DNA of 64,000 nt from Polyangiaceae bacterium (lineage in GTDB: Bacteria; Myxococcota_A; Polyangia; Polyangiales; Polyangiaceae): the NCBI GenBank assembly GCA_044376115.1, contig JBILLK010000016.1, forward strand, positions 1 through 64,000, in the 5' to 3' direction. The translations under genes and the position numbers were made by a program. Under the pieces are notes generated by a model, which searched no databases, was not told the DNA's origin, and saw only the letters and a program-made list of their open reading frames with translations. Below are positions 26,012 through 36,029 of the stretch, in pieces (the stretch's first letter is position 1; each line of letters begins with the position of its first letter).

Positions 26012-27769
26012 ATGATGCGCCAACAAGGTCTATTGCTCGTTACGTTCGTATCTTTCTCGCTTGGTTGTTCGAGCGAGGCCGCTCCCACCACCGGGGCCAA
26101 GAGCTCCGCACCCGCCGTGAGCGGTAGCAGCTCAGCGGCAGCATCCGCCTCTGCAGCAGGCATGAAAGGTAGCAAGGGCTCGGCACCCGGCGGTGACGCT
26201 GCGGTCCCCGAGGCGCCCGCGGGAGAGCCGGTTCCGGTGTTCAAGTCGCATGAGCTCCCCGCCCCGAGCAAGCCGGTCGCGGGCTTCTTGCCGAACACCG
26301 GCGGCTTCAAGTTCCAGAACTACGGCAATGACAAGGGCTACCGGAACCTAACGTCCTTGGAGCTGCGCCGAATGTTCGGCGACAAGGTCTGCGCAAGTTT
26401 GGAGGGCGAGGTCTGCATCCTCACGCCGCAGGCCGAGCAATGGATGGAGCAGCAGAACAAGGGCATGGGAGGTGGGCACTGCGAGGGCTTTGCAGCGTTG
26501 AGCGTGCTCATGCAACGAGGCCAGATTGACCCTGCGCTGTTTGGCGCGTCAGGGGCGTTTGCCTTGGAGATCGACGGCAATGAGAAGTTGCAGCGCGAGA
26601 TTGCCTATTGGTTCGTGACGCAAGGCGTCCTGCCGATGGCTCAGGCAGAAGACAAGACGCTGACCCCAACGGAGGTCGTCGCCAAGATCGACGCCGAGCT
26701 CAAGAGCGGCAATGAGTCCTACACGCTTGGTATCTACCAGCCGGGCTACAAGGCAGGGCACGCCACGACCCCCTACGCCGTGGTCGAGAAGGAGAACGAC
26801 ATCGTTTGGATTCTCCACTACGACAATAACTATCCCGGTGAGGAGCGCCGCATCGAGGTTGATAAGAAGGCCAATACCTGGAGCTACACCACGGCTGCAG
26901 ATCCCAATGGCGCCGAGTCTGGATACAAGGGTGACGCCTCGACCAAGACGTTGACCATCGCGCCGTCCTCGGTGCGCACAGGGCCGATGGTCTGTCACTT
27001 CTGTGGTGAGGCCGACGCTGGCGGTGGCGGGGCTGCCAAGGGCTCGCTCGGCGCTGCGCCGCTGCGCGAGATCATGATGGAAGGCGGCGGAGACCTCCTG
27101 ATCACCGACGCCTCCGGCAAGCGTCTCGGCTATGTGGATGACAAACTCGTCAACGAGATTCCCGGCGCCTTGCTCGCGCCGGAGAAGTCCGGTGACCCCG
27201 ATGGCGAGCCTTCTTACTTTGTCCCGTCCGGCAAGGAGCTGAAGATTCTGCTCGACGGTTCTGACCTGCAGGAGGAATCCCCGTCGGACCTCGTGCTCGT
27301 AGGGCCCGGCTATACGCTTGGTGTGGAGGGCATATCTCTTGGTAAAGGGCAACGCGACGAGATCGATTTCGCCGCGGATTGGAGCTCTGTTCGCTATGTC
27401 ACGCAGCAAAGCGAGACGCCGACGATCGTGGTCGGCATCGAGACGGCGGGCGCGGATTATACCTTTGAATTGAACGTCGACGGCGATGGCGACGGGCAGA
27501 CGGTTGCGCTCGGGCTCGATCTAGCCAAAGGCCAGCTCGTGTTGAACGTCGATGGCGGTCCCGCCAAGAGCAACTTCTCCTTGGAGTTGGAGATGATCAC
27601 AGAGAAGGGCAAGCAGACCTTCAAACACAAGGGGCTGGATGTCGGCGCAGATCAGCTGGCTCGCTTCGACTACGGCGGCTGGAAGGGCGATAAAGCGCCA
27701 CTGCATGTGGTGATCCTCGACGGCAGCGGCGCCGTGGTCGAGGAGGAGGACGCGAGCGACGAAGAGTAA
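26012..27769 (+). CDS. Lipoprotein with candidate papain-like Cys-His-Asp triad
   Basis: SLGC lipobox, then GGHCEGFA, GHATTPY and HYDNNYP. Start re-chosen at 26012. Confidence 0.65.
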   Translation: MMRQQGLLLVTFVSFSLGCSSEAAPTTGAKSSAPAVSGSSSAAASASAAGMKGSKGSAPGGDAAVPEAPAGEPVPVFKSHELPAPSKPVAGFLPNTGGFKFQNYGNDKGYRNLTSLELRRMFGDKVCASLEGEVCILTPQAEQWMEQQNKGMGGGHCEGFAALSVLMQRGQIDPALFGASGAFALEIDGNEKLQREIAYWFVTQGVLPMAQAEDKTLTPTEVVAKIDAELKSGNESYTLGIYQPGYKAGHATTPYAVVEKENDIVWILHYDNNYPGEERRIEVDKKANTWSYTTAADPNGAESGYKGDASTKTLTIAPSSVRTGPMVCHFCGEADAGGGGAAKGSLGAAPLREIMMEGGGDLLITDASGKRLGYVDDKLVNEIPGALLAPEKSGDPDGEPSYFVPSGKELKILLDGSDLQEESPSDLVLVGPGYTLGVEGISLGKGQRDEIDFAADWSSVRYVTQQSETPTIVVGIETAGADYTFELNVDGDGDGQTVALGLDLAKGQLVLNVDGGPAKSNFSLELEMITEKGKQTFKHKGLDVGADQLARFDYGGWKGDKAPLHVVILDGSGAVVEEEDASDEE

Positions 27770-27802
27770 ACCGCGCGGCGTCAAGCGTTGGTCGGGGCGC
27801 CG

Positions 27803-29986
27803 CTAGGGATCTTCTTGCGCCCCGTCCTCTGCTGACGTTTGCAGCTCCGAATTGGGTAGCGGATGCTCGGCCTCGCCATGACTGGTGAAGCGCTCGAGTA
27901 GGTTGAGCAGCCGCGAGGCCGTCTCTCGCTCAGTATCCGATAGGTCCACCAATTCATCAGGGTCTTGGGTCACGTTGAATAGGGCTGCTGTATTGCGTCG
28001 GCGATCGACGATTAGCTTGTAGTCGCCCAGCATGACGGCCTTGAGATCTTGCCCCTGGTTGGCTCCCTTGTAGCGATGCCCCTCGCTAAACACAGGGCGG
28101 TCGGCTGGATAACGCTGCTCGAGAATGAGCGGCAGTAGGTTCAGCCCATCGAGATCATGGGCAGGAGCGCGCCCAAGTGCGACGAGCGTCGCGGTGAGGT
28201 CAATGGCCGCGACCGGCTGCGAATATCTATTGGCTGGAACGCCGGGCAGCTTGATGACCAACGGCACGCGTACCTGCTCGTCAAAGAGCGACGTGCCGTG
28301 GCCGCTATGCCGATGCTCGCTGAAGGCTTCGCCGTGATCGGCCACCAGCGCAACCACCGTGCGATCCAGCAATGCAAGCCGCTCGAGCTGGGTCATCAGG
28401 TCGCCAAAGGCGCGGTCGATCTCGCGCAGCCCACTACTGTACTTGTCGCGACTGCGCTTGTTTTCATGCGGGTCGTAGAAGTGAATCCATTGAAACCAAG
28501 GTTCGCGCGGCTCGGCAGCTAGATGAACCATGGCCTGCGCTAGGACCTTCTGCGACGTTGGGTAGGACCAACCCTTCTCGGTCAAATCATCAAACTGCTG
28601 GAACCCCCGTTCAAAGCCGACGCCGGGGCGAAAGAAGTCCCCTGCCGCATAAGGGGTGGCCATGGTCGTGTAGCCCACGGAGGCGAGCCGTTCGGCTAAT
28701 GTGTTATTGGCCGGGACGTTGGCAATCGTTGTGTAGGACTCGGCCGGCCGTTTGCCTTCGGCGGAGTGCGGGTTGATGAAGTGTCCGCCGGCCCAAGGCC
28801 ATAACTCCCAGTCGATGTAGGCGCTGTAGCGACCACACATCAGTGTGCCCATACCTAGGGCCGTGCGCGGGCCACCTGCATAGGCGCGGTCGAAGCGAGC
28901 GCCCCCCTCTGCGAAGGCGAGCAGATTGGGTACGTCGTCGGCGTTCTTCGTGAAAATGTCACCGCGCAGCGTATCCACCGAGACCAACAGCAGATTCATC
29001 GGCTTCGGGAATGGATTGAAGTCGAGCTCCTGCTCAAAGCGGATCGGCTCTCCAATCGGCACCACTCGCTTGCGCGCTGGAGTCGGAAGTAACGAAAGTA
29101 GAGATTGCCCGAGCGGGGAACGTTGCAAGGAGCTGCGTAGTTGGATGTCTTGCAACTTACCGGCGGTCGCTGTCGCGTAGCCGATGGCGCCAATTGTTAC
29201 GGCGCATGCAAGCGCTCCAGCGGGGCGGACAAATCGCGGAGCAACGAGCGAAACAAGTCCGCGAAGCCCAGCATCGAGCGTGAGCAGGCCCACTGCGCCG
29301 AGCCAGAGGTGGACCTCCGGGTAGAGGTCAACGAGCACGCGGCGGTCGACCTCCAATAGCCCTATTCCGCAAACGACGACGAGGCCAGCCACGAGCGGGT
29401 AGCGAGGGCCGCGGGCTTCGCTGATGGGAACGGCGAACCGCGTGGCGAGCGGTAATGCAAGACCGACTGAAATCAACCACGAAGCCAAGAACAGCCCTAG
29501 GTGCAGCTCTCCAGTGTTGGGCTTTATGTTAGCCATCGTGCCTGTGGCAACGTTCATCGCGAGCAACGCAGCCGTCAGTGTCAAGGAAGACCAAAACGTC
29601 GCCAGGCCCCACTTCGACGCTGGGTACAGCGTTGGTGTTCGAGCGATGGAGAAGGTTATTCCAGCAGCGAGCGCTGCGAGCACGAGCGCCGCAGGCGTCC
29701 AACTAGGCAATGCGTTTCCTGCCTGCCACCAGCGTAAGAGCCCAAGCGTAAGCGGCGCTAGGGCCAGCGCCGCGGGGGCGAGCCGTGTGAGGATGGGGAG
29801 CGCACGCGCGGGGGCGCTTAGCCGGGACAGCGCGTATTCAAGTAGGTTGAGTACGGTGCTAGCGAGGGCGAGCCAGCCGGCGAGCGTGGCCAGCGCCGGC
29901 GGATTGAGTGAGCGCACGTCGCTCGCGACGACGTAGACGAGCGTCAGGAAGGCAGCGATGGCGCGAGTAAGCCCAAGACGAAGCAC
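27803..29986 (-). CDS. Membrane-anchored sulfatase/alkaline-phosphatase-superfamily hydrolase or transferase
   Basis: Multi-TM N-terminus, then NLLLVSVDTLRGD, WIHFYDPH, VADHGEAF, HGTSLFDEQVRVPL and DPDE. Confidence 0.85.
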   Translation of the reverse strand: MLRLGLTRAIAAFLTLVYVVASDVRSLNPPALATLAGWLALASTVLNLLEYALSRLSAPARALPILTRLAPAALALAPLTLGLLRWWQAGNALPSWTPAALVLAALAAGITFSIARTPTLYPASKWGLATFWSSLTLTAALLAMNVATGTMANIKPNTGELHLGLFLASWLISVGLALPLATRFAVPISEARGPRYPLVAGLVVVCGIGLLEVDRRVLVDLYPEVHLWLGAVGLLTLDAGLRGLVSLVAPRFVRPAGALACAVTIGAIGYATATAGKLQDIQLRSSLQRSPLGQSLLSLLPTPARKRVVPIGEPIRFEQELDFNPFPKPMNLLLVSVDTLRGDIFTKNADDVPNLLAFAEGGARFDRAYAGGPRTALGMGTLMCGRYSAYIDWELWPWAGGHFINPHSAEGKRPAESYTTIANVPANNTLAERLASVGYTTMATPYAAGDFFRPGVGFERGFQQFDDLTEKGWSYPTSQKVLAQAMVHLAAEPREPWFQWIHFYDPHENKRSRDKYSSGLREIDRAFGDLMTQLERLALLDRTVVALVADHGEAFSEHRHSGHGTSLFDEQVRVPLVIKLPGVPANRYSQPVAAIDLTATLVALGRAPAHDLDGLNLLPLILEQRYPADRPVFSEGHRYKGANQGQDLKAVMLGDYKLIVDRRRNTAALFNVTQDPDELVDLSDTERETASRLLNLLERFTSHGEAEHPLPNSELQTSAEDGAQEDP

Positions 29987-30061
29987 GCGCCGTCCCTACC
30001 ACAGCGCGGGCGTGTTTGGCGCCTACTTGGCCTGTCCGATGCTCCGTGAATGCAGCTTCCC

Positions 30062-30628
30062 TTACGGAAGAGCGGTGGCGCAGCAGCTATCACCCTTCTC
30101 ACAGGAGACGGTGGGCTGGCTGCAGGTGATGGTCTGTTCGTCGTTGCTACAGGTGCACTCGGCTCCGAGCTGGGTACCGTCCGGACCAAAGACTTCTTCG
30201 CATTGGGTCTCGTGCACCTGCTTGTTCTTGTACTCAAAGAAGCCGCAGAGCCCCTTCTCTGTGTCTGTGCCGCCCCAGGGGCCCACGGTGCAAAGACTGT
30301 AGGCTAGCCCAACGTCTCCGCACTCGCTGAACCCGGCGCCGCAGGAGTAGCCGCGTAGAATCGTCTCGCAACGAATGAAAGCGAGGGCTTCTTCGCTGCA
30401 GGCTGGTTTGTCATCGAAGATGTAATCACAGTTCTCAAAACACTCTTCTTTGGTCCACTGATAGCAATCGAGCGTCGCCTCGCAATAAGCAATGCACTCC
30501 GGATTGTTGCCTACGTAGAAGTCGTCCTGCAGGTCCTCGAGCCAAAGCTCTCCCGGCGGGCCTTCGGAATCGCAGGCGCTCAAAACCATTAGTCCGATGA
30601 CTTGTACAACTCGATTGAGCCGCATCAC
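30062..30628 (-). CDS. Cys-rich lipoprotein
   Basis: LSAC lipobox and regularly spaced Cys. Overlaps the upstream gene. Confidence 0.65.
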   Translation of the reverse strand: MMRLNRVVQVIGLMVLSACDSEGPPGELWLEDLQDDFYVGNNPECIAYCEATLDCYQWTKEECFENCDYIFDDKPACSEEALAFIRCETILRGYSCGAGFSECGDVGLAYSLCTVGPWGGTDTEKGLCGFFEYKNKQVHETQCEEVFGPDGTQLGAECTCSNDEQTITCSQPTVSCEKGDSCCATALP

Positions 30629-31302
30629 ACCGGCACCGATGAGCAGCAGCTGCCGCTATACATGTCAAAGCCGCAGACTTGGCCAGCGTTTTCGCAGACC
30701 TTGACCGGTTCGTCGCCAAAGTAACAGGTACACGTGCGGGTACCGTTGGCGGGGTTGTCTAGGCACTCTTCGACGAGAATATCCCCGCCACATAGGCCAC
30801 TGCTGGAGCAGCCGTTGGGAAGGGTGAGAATGGCCGAGCCAACACAGTACGAGGGAGGCGCGCACTCATTGAGCGCAATGACCTCTTTGAGACAGTCGAG
30901 GGTGGTCAGCGAACATTCCTCTGGGGCAAGCCGATCGAGACAGTCGATGATCGCTTTGGCCTCCGCCTCGCAGCCTTCGATGATCACGCTCTCGCAGTTG
31001 GTTTGGCAGAAGCCGTCCCATACCTGACATTCAAAGGATCCGGTGCAGAGGTCACTGCAGGCGGCGTCAACCTCTGCGCGCGTAGCCGCTGGGAGTGGGT
31101 TGCTCTCGTCGGATTGGAGCGGAATGAGCACGACTTCTTGCGAGCAGGCCGATAACAGCAAGAGCGCCAGTACAGCTGCCGTTGCTCGTCCGCTCGCGGC
31201 GATTGCGGGTTGATTGAAGAGGGGTGAGGTCATCGCTGATGGAGCTACGTAGCGCGGCCGCGACGGCTCACCATTCGTCGCCTTGGCAATTTTATCGTTC
31301 AT
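30625..31302 (-). CDS. Cys-rich lipoprotein (paralog-like of 30062..30628)
   Basis: LSAC lipobox, similar Cys spacing ending CTC...C...C...SCC. Start uncertain. Confidence 0.62.
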   Translation of the reverse strand: MNDKIAKATNGEPSRPRYVAPSAMTSPLFNQPAIAASGRATAAVLALLLLSACSQEVVLIPLQSDESNPLPAATRAEVDAACSDLCTGSFECQVWDGFCQTNCESVIIEGCEAEAKAIIDCLDRLAPEECSLTTLDCLKEVIALNECAPPSYCVGSAILTLPNGCSSSGLCGGDILVEECLDNPANGTRTCTCYFGDEPVKVCENAGQVCGFDMYSGSCCSSVPV

Positions 31303-32285
31303 AGCTTGAACCCTGCGCCCAAGGAGCCTGAGCAAAGCGGCGATCCAATGGAAGCCGCGGTGCGGCCGTCAACGACGTAGTCCGTTTTTGGTAGCGTCAG
31401 TCCGCAACCAAACTCGGTATCGATCGCGAACTGTTCGGTTGCCCATAGCGATAGCCCGAGTGAGAGGTTGGTTACGGCTGTGGCGCCGAGATCTTCGCCG
31501 TTCTCGCGTTGGGCTGAACCCTCGGCTTCGGCGTAGGCAACATGGACTCCCAGACCAAGAGAGACGCGCGGGTCGAACCAACGCGAGTCGGGGAAGGGGT
31601 GCACCTCGGAGACGAACATGCCCAGCCCCTGGCTGAGTGATAAGTCGCCTTCCAAAACCGACAATGAGGCTGGAAAGGTTGGTGGAACGATGGTTGCCCC
31701 GAGCGTTATGTAGGCTCCGGCCTGCAGGCCGACGTCGGCCGCGAGATGAGCGCTGGGTGGGAAGCCAGAGCCGCCAAACAGCACACTGGGGGAGAGCCGC
31801 AAGGTGAGGATGGGCGCCTCTGGCGCAGCCAACGCTGGACCGAGGATGCGCTCGACGACGTCCGGGGGCCGAGTTGGACTCGGCGCAATTCGCACCTCGA
31901 GCAAACTGGCTCTGAGCAGCTCGACGCTCTTCGTTACAGCGGTGGCCTCAGATCCCACTCCCCCTTCGACCGGGATGCGGCGAAGTACCATTTTCTCGGT
32001 GGTCCGGTCCGCGATCCAGATATCCATTCCGCCCGGTTGCCGCTCCAGCAGGATGGTGGCGATCGCGTCGTTGTCCTCGGCCAGCCGCTCGAGCACCGTT
32101 GGATCCGAACTGGCCGGCCGGTCCTTGAAGACGGTATCGATGCCCAACGTTGCGAGCTCGGCTTGCAACCGAACGGCGAGCGGACCTTCCGCAAGCACGA
32201 CCACGCGGTCCGCTGCGTACAGCGTGCTCGCGGGGACCGAGGCGGCCAAAAGGCCGACCAATGCCAAGTTAAGGCGCAGCTTCAT
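31299..32285 (-). CDS. Exported protein with probable C-terminal outer-membrane beta-barrel
   Basis: Signal peptide, alternating-hydrophobic strands, ends LGAGFKL. Coupled to the FecR gene. Confidence 0.6.
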   Translation of the reverse strand: MKLRLNLALVGLLAASVPASTLYAADRVVVLAEGPLAVRLQAELATLGIDTVFKDRPASSDPTVLERLAEDNDAIATILLERQPGGMDIWIADRTTEKMVLRRIPVEGGVGSEATAVTKSVELLRASLLEVRIAPSPTRPPDVVERILGPALAAPEAPILTLRLSPSVLFGGSGFPPSAHLAADVGLQAGAYITLGATIVPPTFPASLSVLEGDLSLSQGLGMFVSEVHPFPDSRWFDPRVSLGLGVHVAYAEAEGSAQRENGEDLGATAVTNLSLGLSLWATEQFAIDTEFGCGLTLPKTDYVVDGRTAASIGSPLCSGSLGAGFKL

Positions 32286-33453
32286 CGAGGATGGTTTTGG
32301 CAAGCCGAGCGTGGGCCCCATTGGGGAAACGCGCGAGATAGCGGCTGGCTGCGGCGCGTGCCGCTTGCTTGTTGCCGCCGCGATGGGCGATCTCGAGCAA
32401 ACGTCCAAGTGCTTCTGGTGCGAGTGTGCCGCCTGGAGCCTCCGCTAGGTACTGCTCGAAGAAGGTCGCCGCCGAGGCCGACGGGAACGCCGCTACACCC
32501 AAGGAGAAGAGTGCGCGTTGCGCTTCGAGCGAGCCGGCAAAGCGCTCACGGACTTTGCTGTAGGCGCGCACCCCGAGTGAGGACTTCCCACCCAAGCGAC
32601 AAGCGTCACCGAGCAGCAACAGCTCCGATGCCGAGCTCCTGGACAGAACGCTGTCGAAGCCGGCCGACTCCGCTGCTTCCACCGCCAACTTGTATTTGCC
32701 TTCGAGCGCGAGCGCCTGCCAGTTCGGTTGGTCGGCCGGACCGACGCTTGGCTTTGCGGACGAAGGAGCGGAGGCGGTTGCGCTTGGGGGGGCTTGAAGC
32801 GAGGGCGCTGGGGGTGGGGGAGACGGCACTTGCGGCTCAGGCTCGGCGCCGAACTGAAGCTTTTGGCCAGCGATCACGAGGCGCGGCTCAACGTCGCCAC
32901 CACTCACGCGAACGCTCCCGTCCAACATCTCAAGGTCGAAGCGCTTGGTCTTCGGCTCCCAGCTCAGGTCGAAGCGAGTCCCTTTCACCTCGACGCGGTA
33001 CGGTCCGGCGAGGAACTCCCAGCGCCGACCTCGATCGGGCGGGACCGAGATGCGCATTCGCCCTTGCTCCAAACGCACGCGGCCCCCGAGGTCGCTGCGT
33101 TCGACGACCTGGCCTTCACCGCCCATCGAAAGCAAGACGGTGGTGCCATCTTCGAACACGAACGCACCGTCCTCAGCCGATGCCGAGAGTGCGCTGGGCA
33201 CCGGCTCGGCCGCGGACGCGGCTTGTTGCGCCGGAGGGCCAGCAAGCTGCGCGTCCTTGCGAACGAGACCGAACCACAACAAGCCGATGACGAGAGCCGC
33301 CGGGGCCAGCGCCCACGTCCAGCGCCAAGAACGTTGCGGACGTGCAGCGCGCGCTCGCCGCAACGTTTCCCGGACCACTTGCTCGGAGAGCCGCTCAGCA
33401 GCTTGATCCTGGTGCTTGGCGACGGTGCGGCCAAGATCTTCAAGCGAGTTCAT
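32269..33453 (-). CDS. FecR-domain anti-sigma factor with TPR-like C-terminus
   Basis: TM helix, FEDGT, VRLEQG, VEVKGTRF, DGSVRV and C-terminal YLARFPNG.HA. Start ATG overlaps the ECF stop. Confidence 0.85.
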   Translation of the reverse strand: MNSLEDLGRTVAKHQDQAAERLSEQVVRETLRRARAARPQRSWRWTWALAPAALVIGLLWFGLVRKDAQLAGPPAQQAASAAEPVPSALSASAEDGAFVFEDGTTVLLSMGGEGQVVERSDLGGRVRLEQGRMRISVPPDRGRRWEFLAGPYRVEVKGTRFDLSWEPKTKRFDLEMLDGSVRVSGGDVEPRLVIAGQKLQFGAEPEPQVPSPPPPAPSLQAPPSATASAPSSAKPSVGPADQPNWQALALEGKYKLAVEAAESAGFDSVLSRSSASELLLLGDACRLGGKSSLGVRAYSKVRERFAGSLEAQRALFSLGVAAFPSASAATFFEQYLAEAPGGTLAPEALGRLLEIAHRGGNKQAARAAASRYLARFPNGAHARLAKTILDEAAP

Positions 33454-34094
33454 GCGTCCTCCGCTTGGGTAAAGCGGCTCTCGGCCAGCCAAGGCGCTAA
33501 GGCAGGTTGGTTCTTGGCCAAGGAGGCAAACCGTTTGCTCGCTTCGGCGATACGGCGTTTTGCGGTGGCGAGGGAAACGCTCATGCTCTGCGCCACCTCC
33601 GTGAGCTCCATTCCCTCTAGGTAGCGCAAGGCGAAGGCTGTGCGTTCTTCCTCGCTGAGCTTGTTCAACACCTCGTAGACAGCGACCAGGGCTGCTCGGC
33701 CCGCTTCGTCGTGCTGCTCCGGCAGATCCAACTCCTCCACTTGCACCCGCTCGCCGAACAGCCAGCGCCAGCGCGCCCTTCGCTGCAAAACTCGGCGAGC
33801 CCTCATCACCGCCAAGGTGGTGAGCCACGAACGAAAGGCTCGGGGATCCCTCAGCGTTGGCAGATCCTGCATGGCTCGCAGCAGAACCTCCTGTGCCTGA
33901 TCCACGACCTCTGGGTCGCCTCCCAGAATTCGCATCAGCACGCGAGTAACGCGTGGGGCGTGCCGCACGATCAGCGCCTCTTCGGCTTTGCGGTCCCCGG
34001 CAACCGCCGCAACCACGAGCTGCTCATCCGTCAGCTCGGGCGCGAGGCGCAGGAGTACCCCGCCCGAACGGTCGCGGTTATGAGCAGTCACCAC
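33450..34094 (-). CDS. ECF RNA polymerase sigma factor
   Basis: DQAQEVLL...LRDPRAFRSWL and LSEEERTAFALRYLEGMELTEVA...SLATAKRR. The ORF-track start overlaps the tRNA, so it was moved to GTG 34094. Confidence 0.9.
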   Translation of the reverse strand: MVTAHNRDRSGGVLLRLAPELTDEQLVVAAVAGDRKAEEALIVRHAPRVTRVLMRILGGDPEVVDQAQEVLLRAMQDLPTLRDPRAFRSWLTTLAVMRARRVLQRRARWRWLFGERVQVEELDLPEQHDEAGRAALVAVYEVLNKLSEEERTAFALRYLEGMELTEVAQSMSVSLATAKRRIAEASKRFASLAKNQPALAPWLAESRFTQAEDA

Positions 34095-34207
34095 GGCTGT
34101 ATGCTCGTTGATGCGCGTCAAACGGCTCAGAAAAATCTGATGGTCGTACGAATTGTTGCTGGGTGAGCAGGCATCGACTCTGCCGGCACTTTCAGCACCG
34201 GAAAATG

Positions 34208-34238
34208 AAAAAAACCGCGAAACAGGTCCGCGGTTTTC
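34208..34238 (-). terminator. Rho-independent terminator downstream of the tRNA
   Basis: AAAACCGCG-N9-CGCGGTTTT with a T-run on the minus strand. Confidence 0.7.
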
Positions 34239-34247
34239 TTGTTCTTC

Positions 34248-34325
<78 letters not shown>

Positions 34326-34449
34326 TCGCCGTGACGCGTTCTCCACGACGCGGCAAGGCGCGGACATTGGTCTTCTGCGCCTCACATGTCAAGCAGTTCT
34401 CGTCACTCAGTAAAAGATGACGTGGTTTCCTTCGAGAACCTGACTCGGG

Positions 34450-36027
34450 TTGTTCGGGCTTGCGGCTCAAGGCCGTTCAGAGGACGCGGAAGCCGTGGAG
34501 CGGACCTCTGAGCTCGAGGCCGAGCTTGGCCTTGGTGGCGGAGCGCTGACGCGATTCTTCGACCCGAAGGCGCGCTTTGCGCTCACCACCTTCCTCATGC
34601 TTCGGCTGCTTGGCGTGGTCTACGTCGCCGCCTTTGCGAGCGCGTTGTTTCAGAACCGCTTGTTGATAGGTGAGGGCGGCCTACTGCCTGCGAAGCGCTA
34701 CGTCCTTGAACTAGCGGCCACCGGGCCCCCCATGCGCGTTGCTCCCTCGTTGTTCCATCTGCTTGGAACTAGCGACGACGCACTGACGACGGTGGCGGGC
34801 CTCGGGCTGGCACTGTCGCTTGCGGTCGCCTTGGGGTTGACCAACTCCCTCGTGAACCTCGTTTTGTGGCTGCTCTATCTTTCGCTCGTTCAGATCGGTC
34901 AGGAGTTCTACAGCTTCGGTTGGGAGCTGCAGCTTTGCGAAACAGGTCTGCTGGCGGTCTTTCTCGCTCCACTGACCAGTCTGCGGCCGTTTCCTCCGCG
35001 GCCGCCGCCAGCTCTGGTGCTGTGGCTTTTCCGCTGGCTGATCGTGAGGGTGATGTTGGGGGCGGGGCTGATCAAGCTGCGCGGTGACAGCTGTTGGCAG
35101 GACTTGAGCTGCCTCGATTTTCACTTTCAGTCGCAACCGCTCCCAGGGCCGTTCTCTGCACTCTTTCATCGTTTGCCCGGCTGGCTTCACTCCTGCGGAG
35201 TGCTGGTGACGTTGGTCGTTGAAGTCGTTGCGCCGCTCGCCGCCTTGGGTCCTCGGCGGTTGCGTCTGGTCGCTGGCGTTCTCTTCGTGTCCTTTCAGCT
35301 CACGTTGATTTTGAGCGGAAACCTCTCGTTCTTTAACTGGCTCACAGTCGTTTCGGCGCTTGCGTGTTTTGATGACGCTGCGCTCGAGCGGGTGGTCCCA
35401 CAGCGGTTAGTTAGCCTTGCTCGAGCGGTGAACGCACCGCCAAGTCCAGCGGCCTTGTGGTGCGCGGGAGGTTTTGCTCTCTACGTGGCGATCTTGAGCA
35501 TCGACCCGATTGCCAACCTCGCTAGCTCACGACAAGCGATGAATCGGTCCTTCGAGCCGCTGCACATGGTCAACAGCTATGGCGCCTTCGGCTCGGTCAA
35601 CCGCGAGCGCTTCGAGGTCGTGCTGGAGGGCAGCGACGCCAGCGACCCCGACGAATCAGAGGCCTGGCGAGAGTACGTTTTCCCGTGCAAACCGGGGCCA
35701 CTCACGCGACCGCCCTGCTGGATCAGCCCGTATCAACGTCGCTTGGATTGGCAGATGTGGTTTCTGCCGTTTGGCACGGTGGAGGACCACCCTTGGTTCG
35801 TTCGTTTGGTCGCCAAGCTGCTCGCCGGCGACCAGCAGCTGCTGTCAGCATTCGCCCAGGACCCGTTTGCGGGGAAGCCTCCGCGTTGGGTGCGGGCGAG
35901 GCTCTTTCGCTACGCGTTCGGTGCGAGCGATACCTGGGAACGAACGCTGATCGGTGATTACCTGCGTCCGGTCGATCGCTTCGATCCAGAGCTGCAGGCT
36001 TACGTCGAGGCGCTCGAGCGCGACTAA
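34450..36027 (+). CDS. Lipase maturation factor (LMF1) family membrane protein
   Basis: LIGEGGLLP, FYSFGWE.QL.ETG, GAGLIKLRGD.CW, QPLP, SGNLSFFNW, NSYGAFG, CKPG and RLDWQMWF. Start uncertain. Confidence 0.9.
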   Translation: MFGLAAQGRSEDAEAVERTSELEAELGLGGGALTRFFDPKARFALTTFLMLRLLGVVYVAAFASALFQNRLLIGEGGLLPAKRYVLELAATGPPMRVAPSLFHLLGTSDDALTTVAGLGLALSLAVALGLTNSLVNLVLWLLYLSLVQIGQEFYSFGWELQLCETGLLAVFLAPLTSLRPFPPRPPPALVLWLFRWLIVRVMLGAGLIKLRGDSCWQDLSCLDFHFQSQPLPGPFSALFHRLPGWLHSCGVLVTLVVEVVAPLAALGPRRLRLVAGVLFVSFQLTLILSGNLSFFNWLTVVSALACFDDAALERVVPQRLVSLARAVNAPPSPAALWCAGGFALYVAILSIDPIANLASSRQAMNRSFEPLHMVNSYGAFGSVNRERFEVVLEGSDASDPDESEAWREYVFPCKPGPLTRPPCWISPYQRRLDWQMWFLPFGTVEDHPWFVRLVAKLLAGDQQLLSAFAQDPFAGKPPRWVRARLFRYAFGASDTWERTLIGDYLRPVDRFDPELQAYVEALERD

Positions 36028-36029
36028 GC

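Noticed and set aside
31746..33290. 514-aa plus-strand ORF, and similar long antisense ORFs (3816..5060, 45811..47022, 50513..51958)
   Set aside because: Shadow frames of well-supported genes, expected in high-GC DNA, with no motifs.
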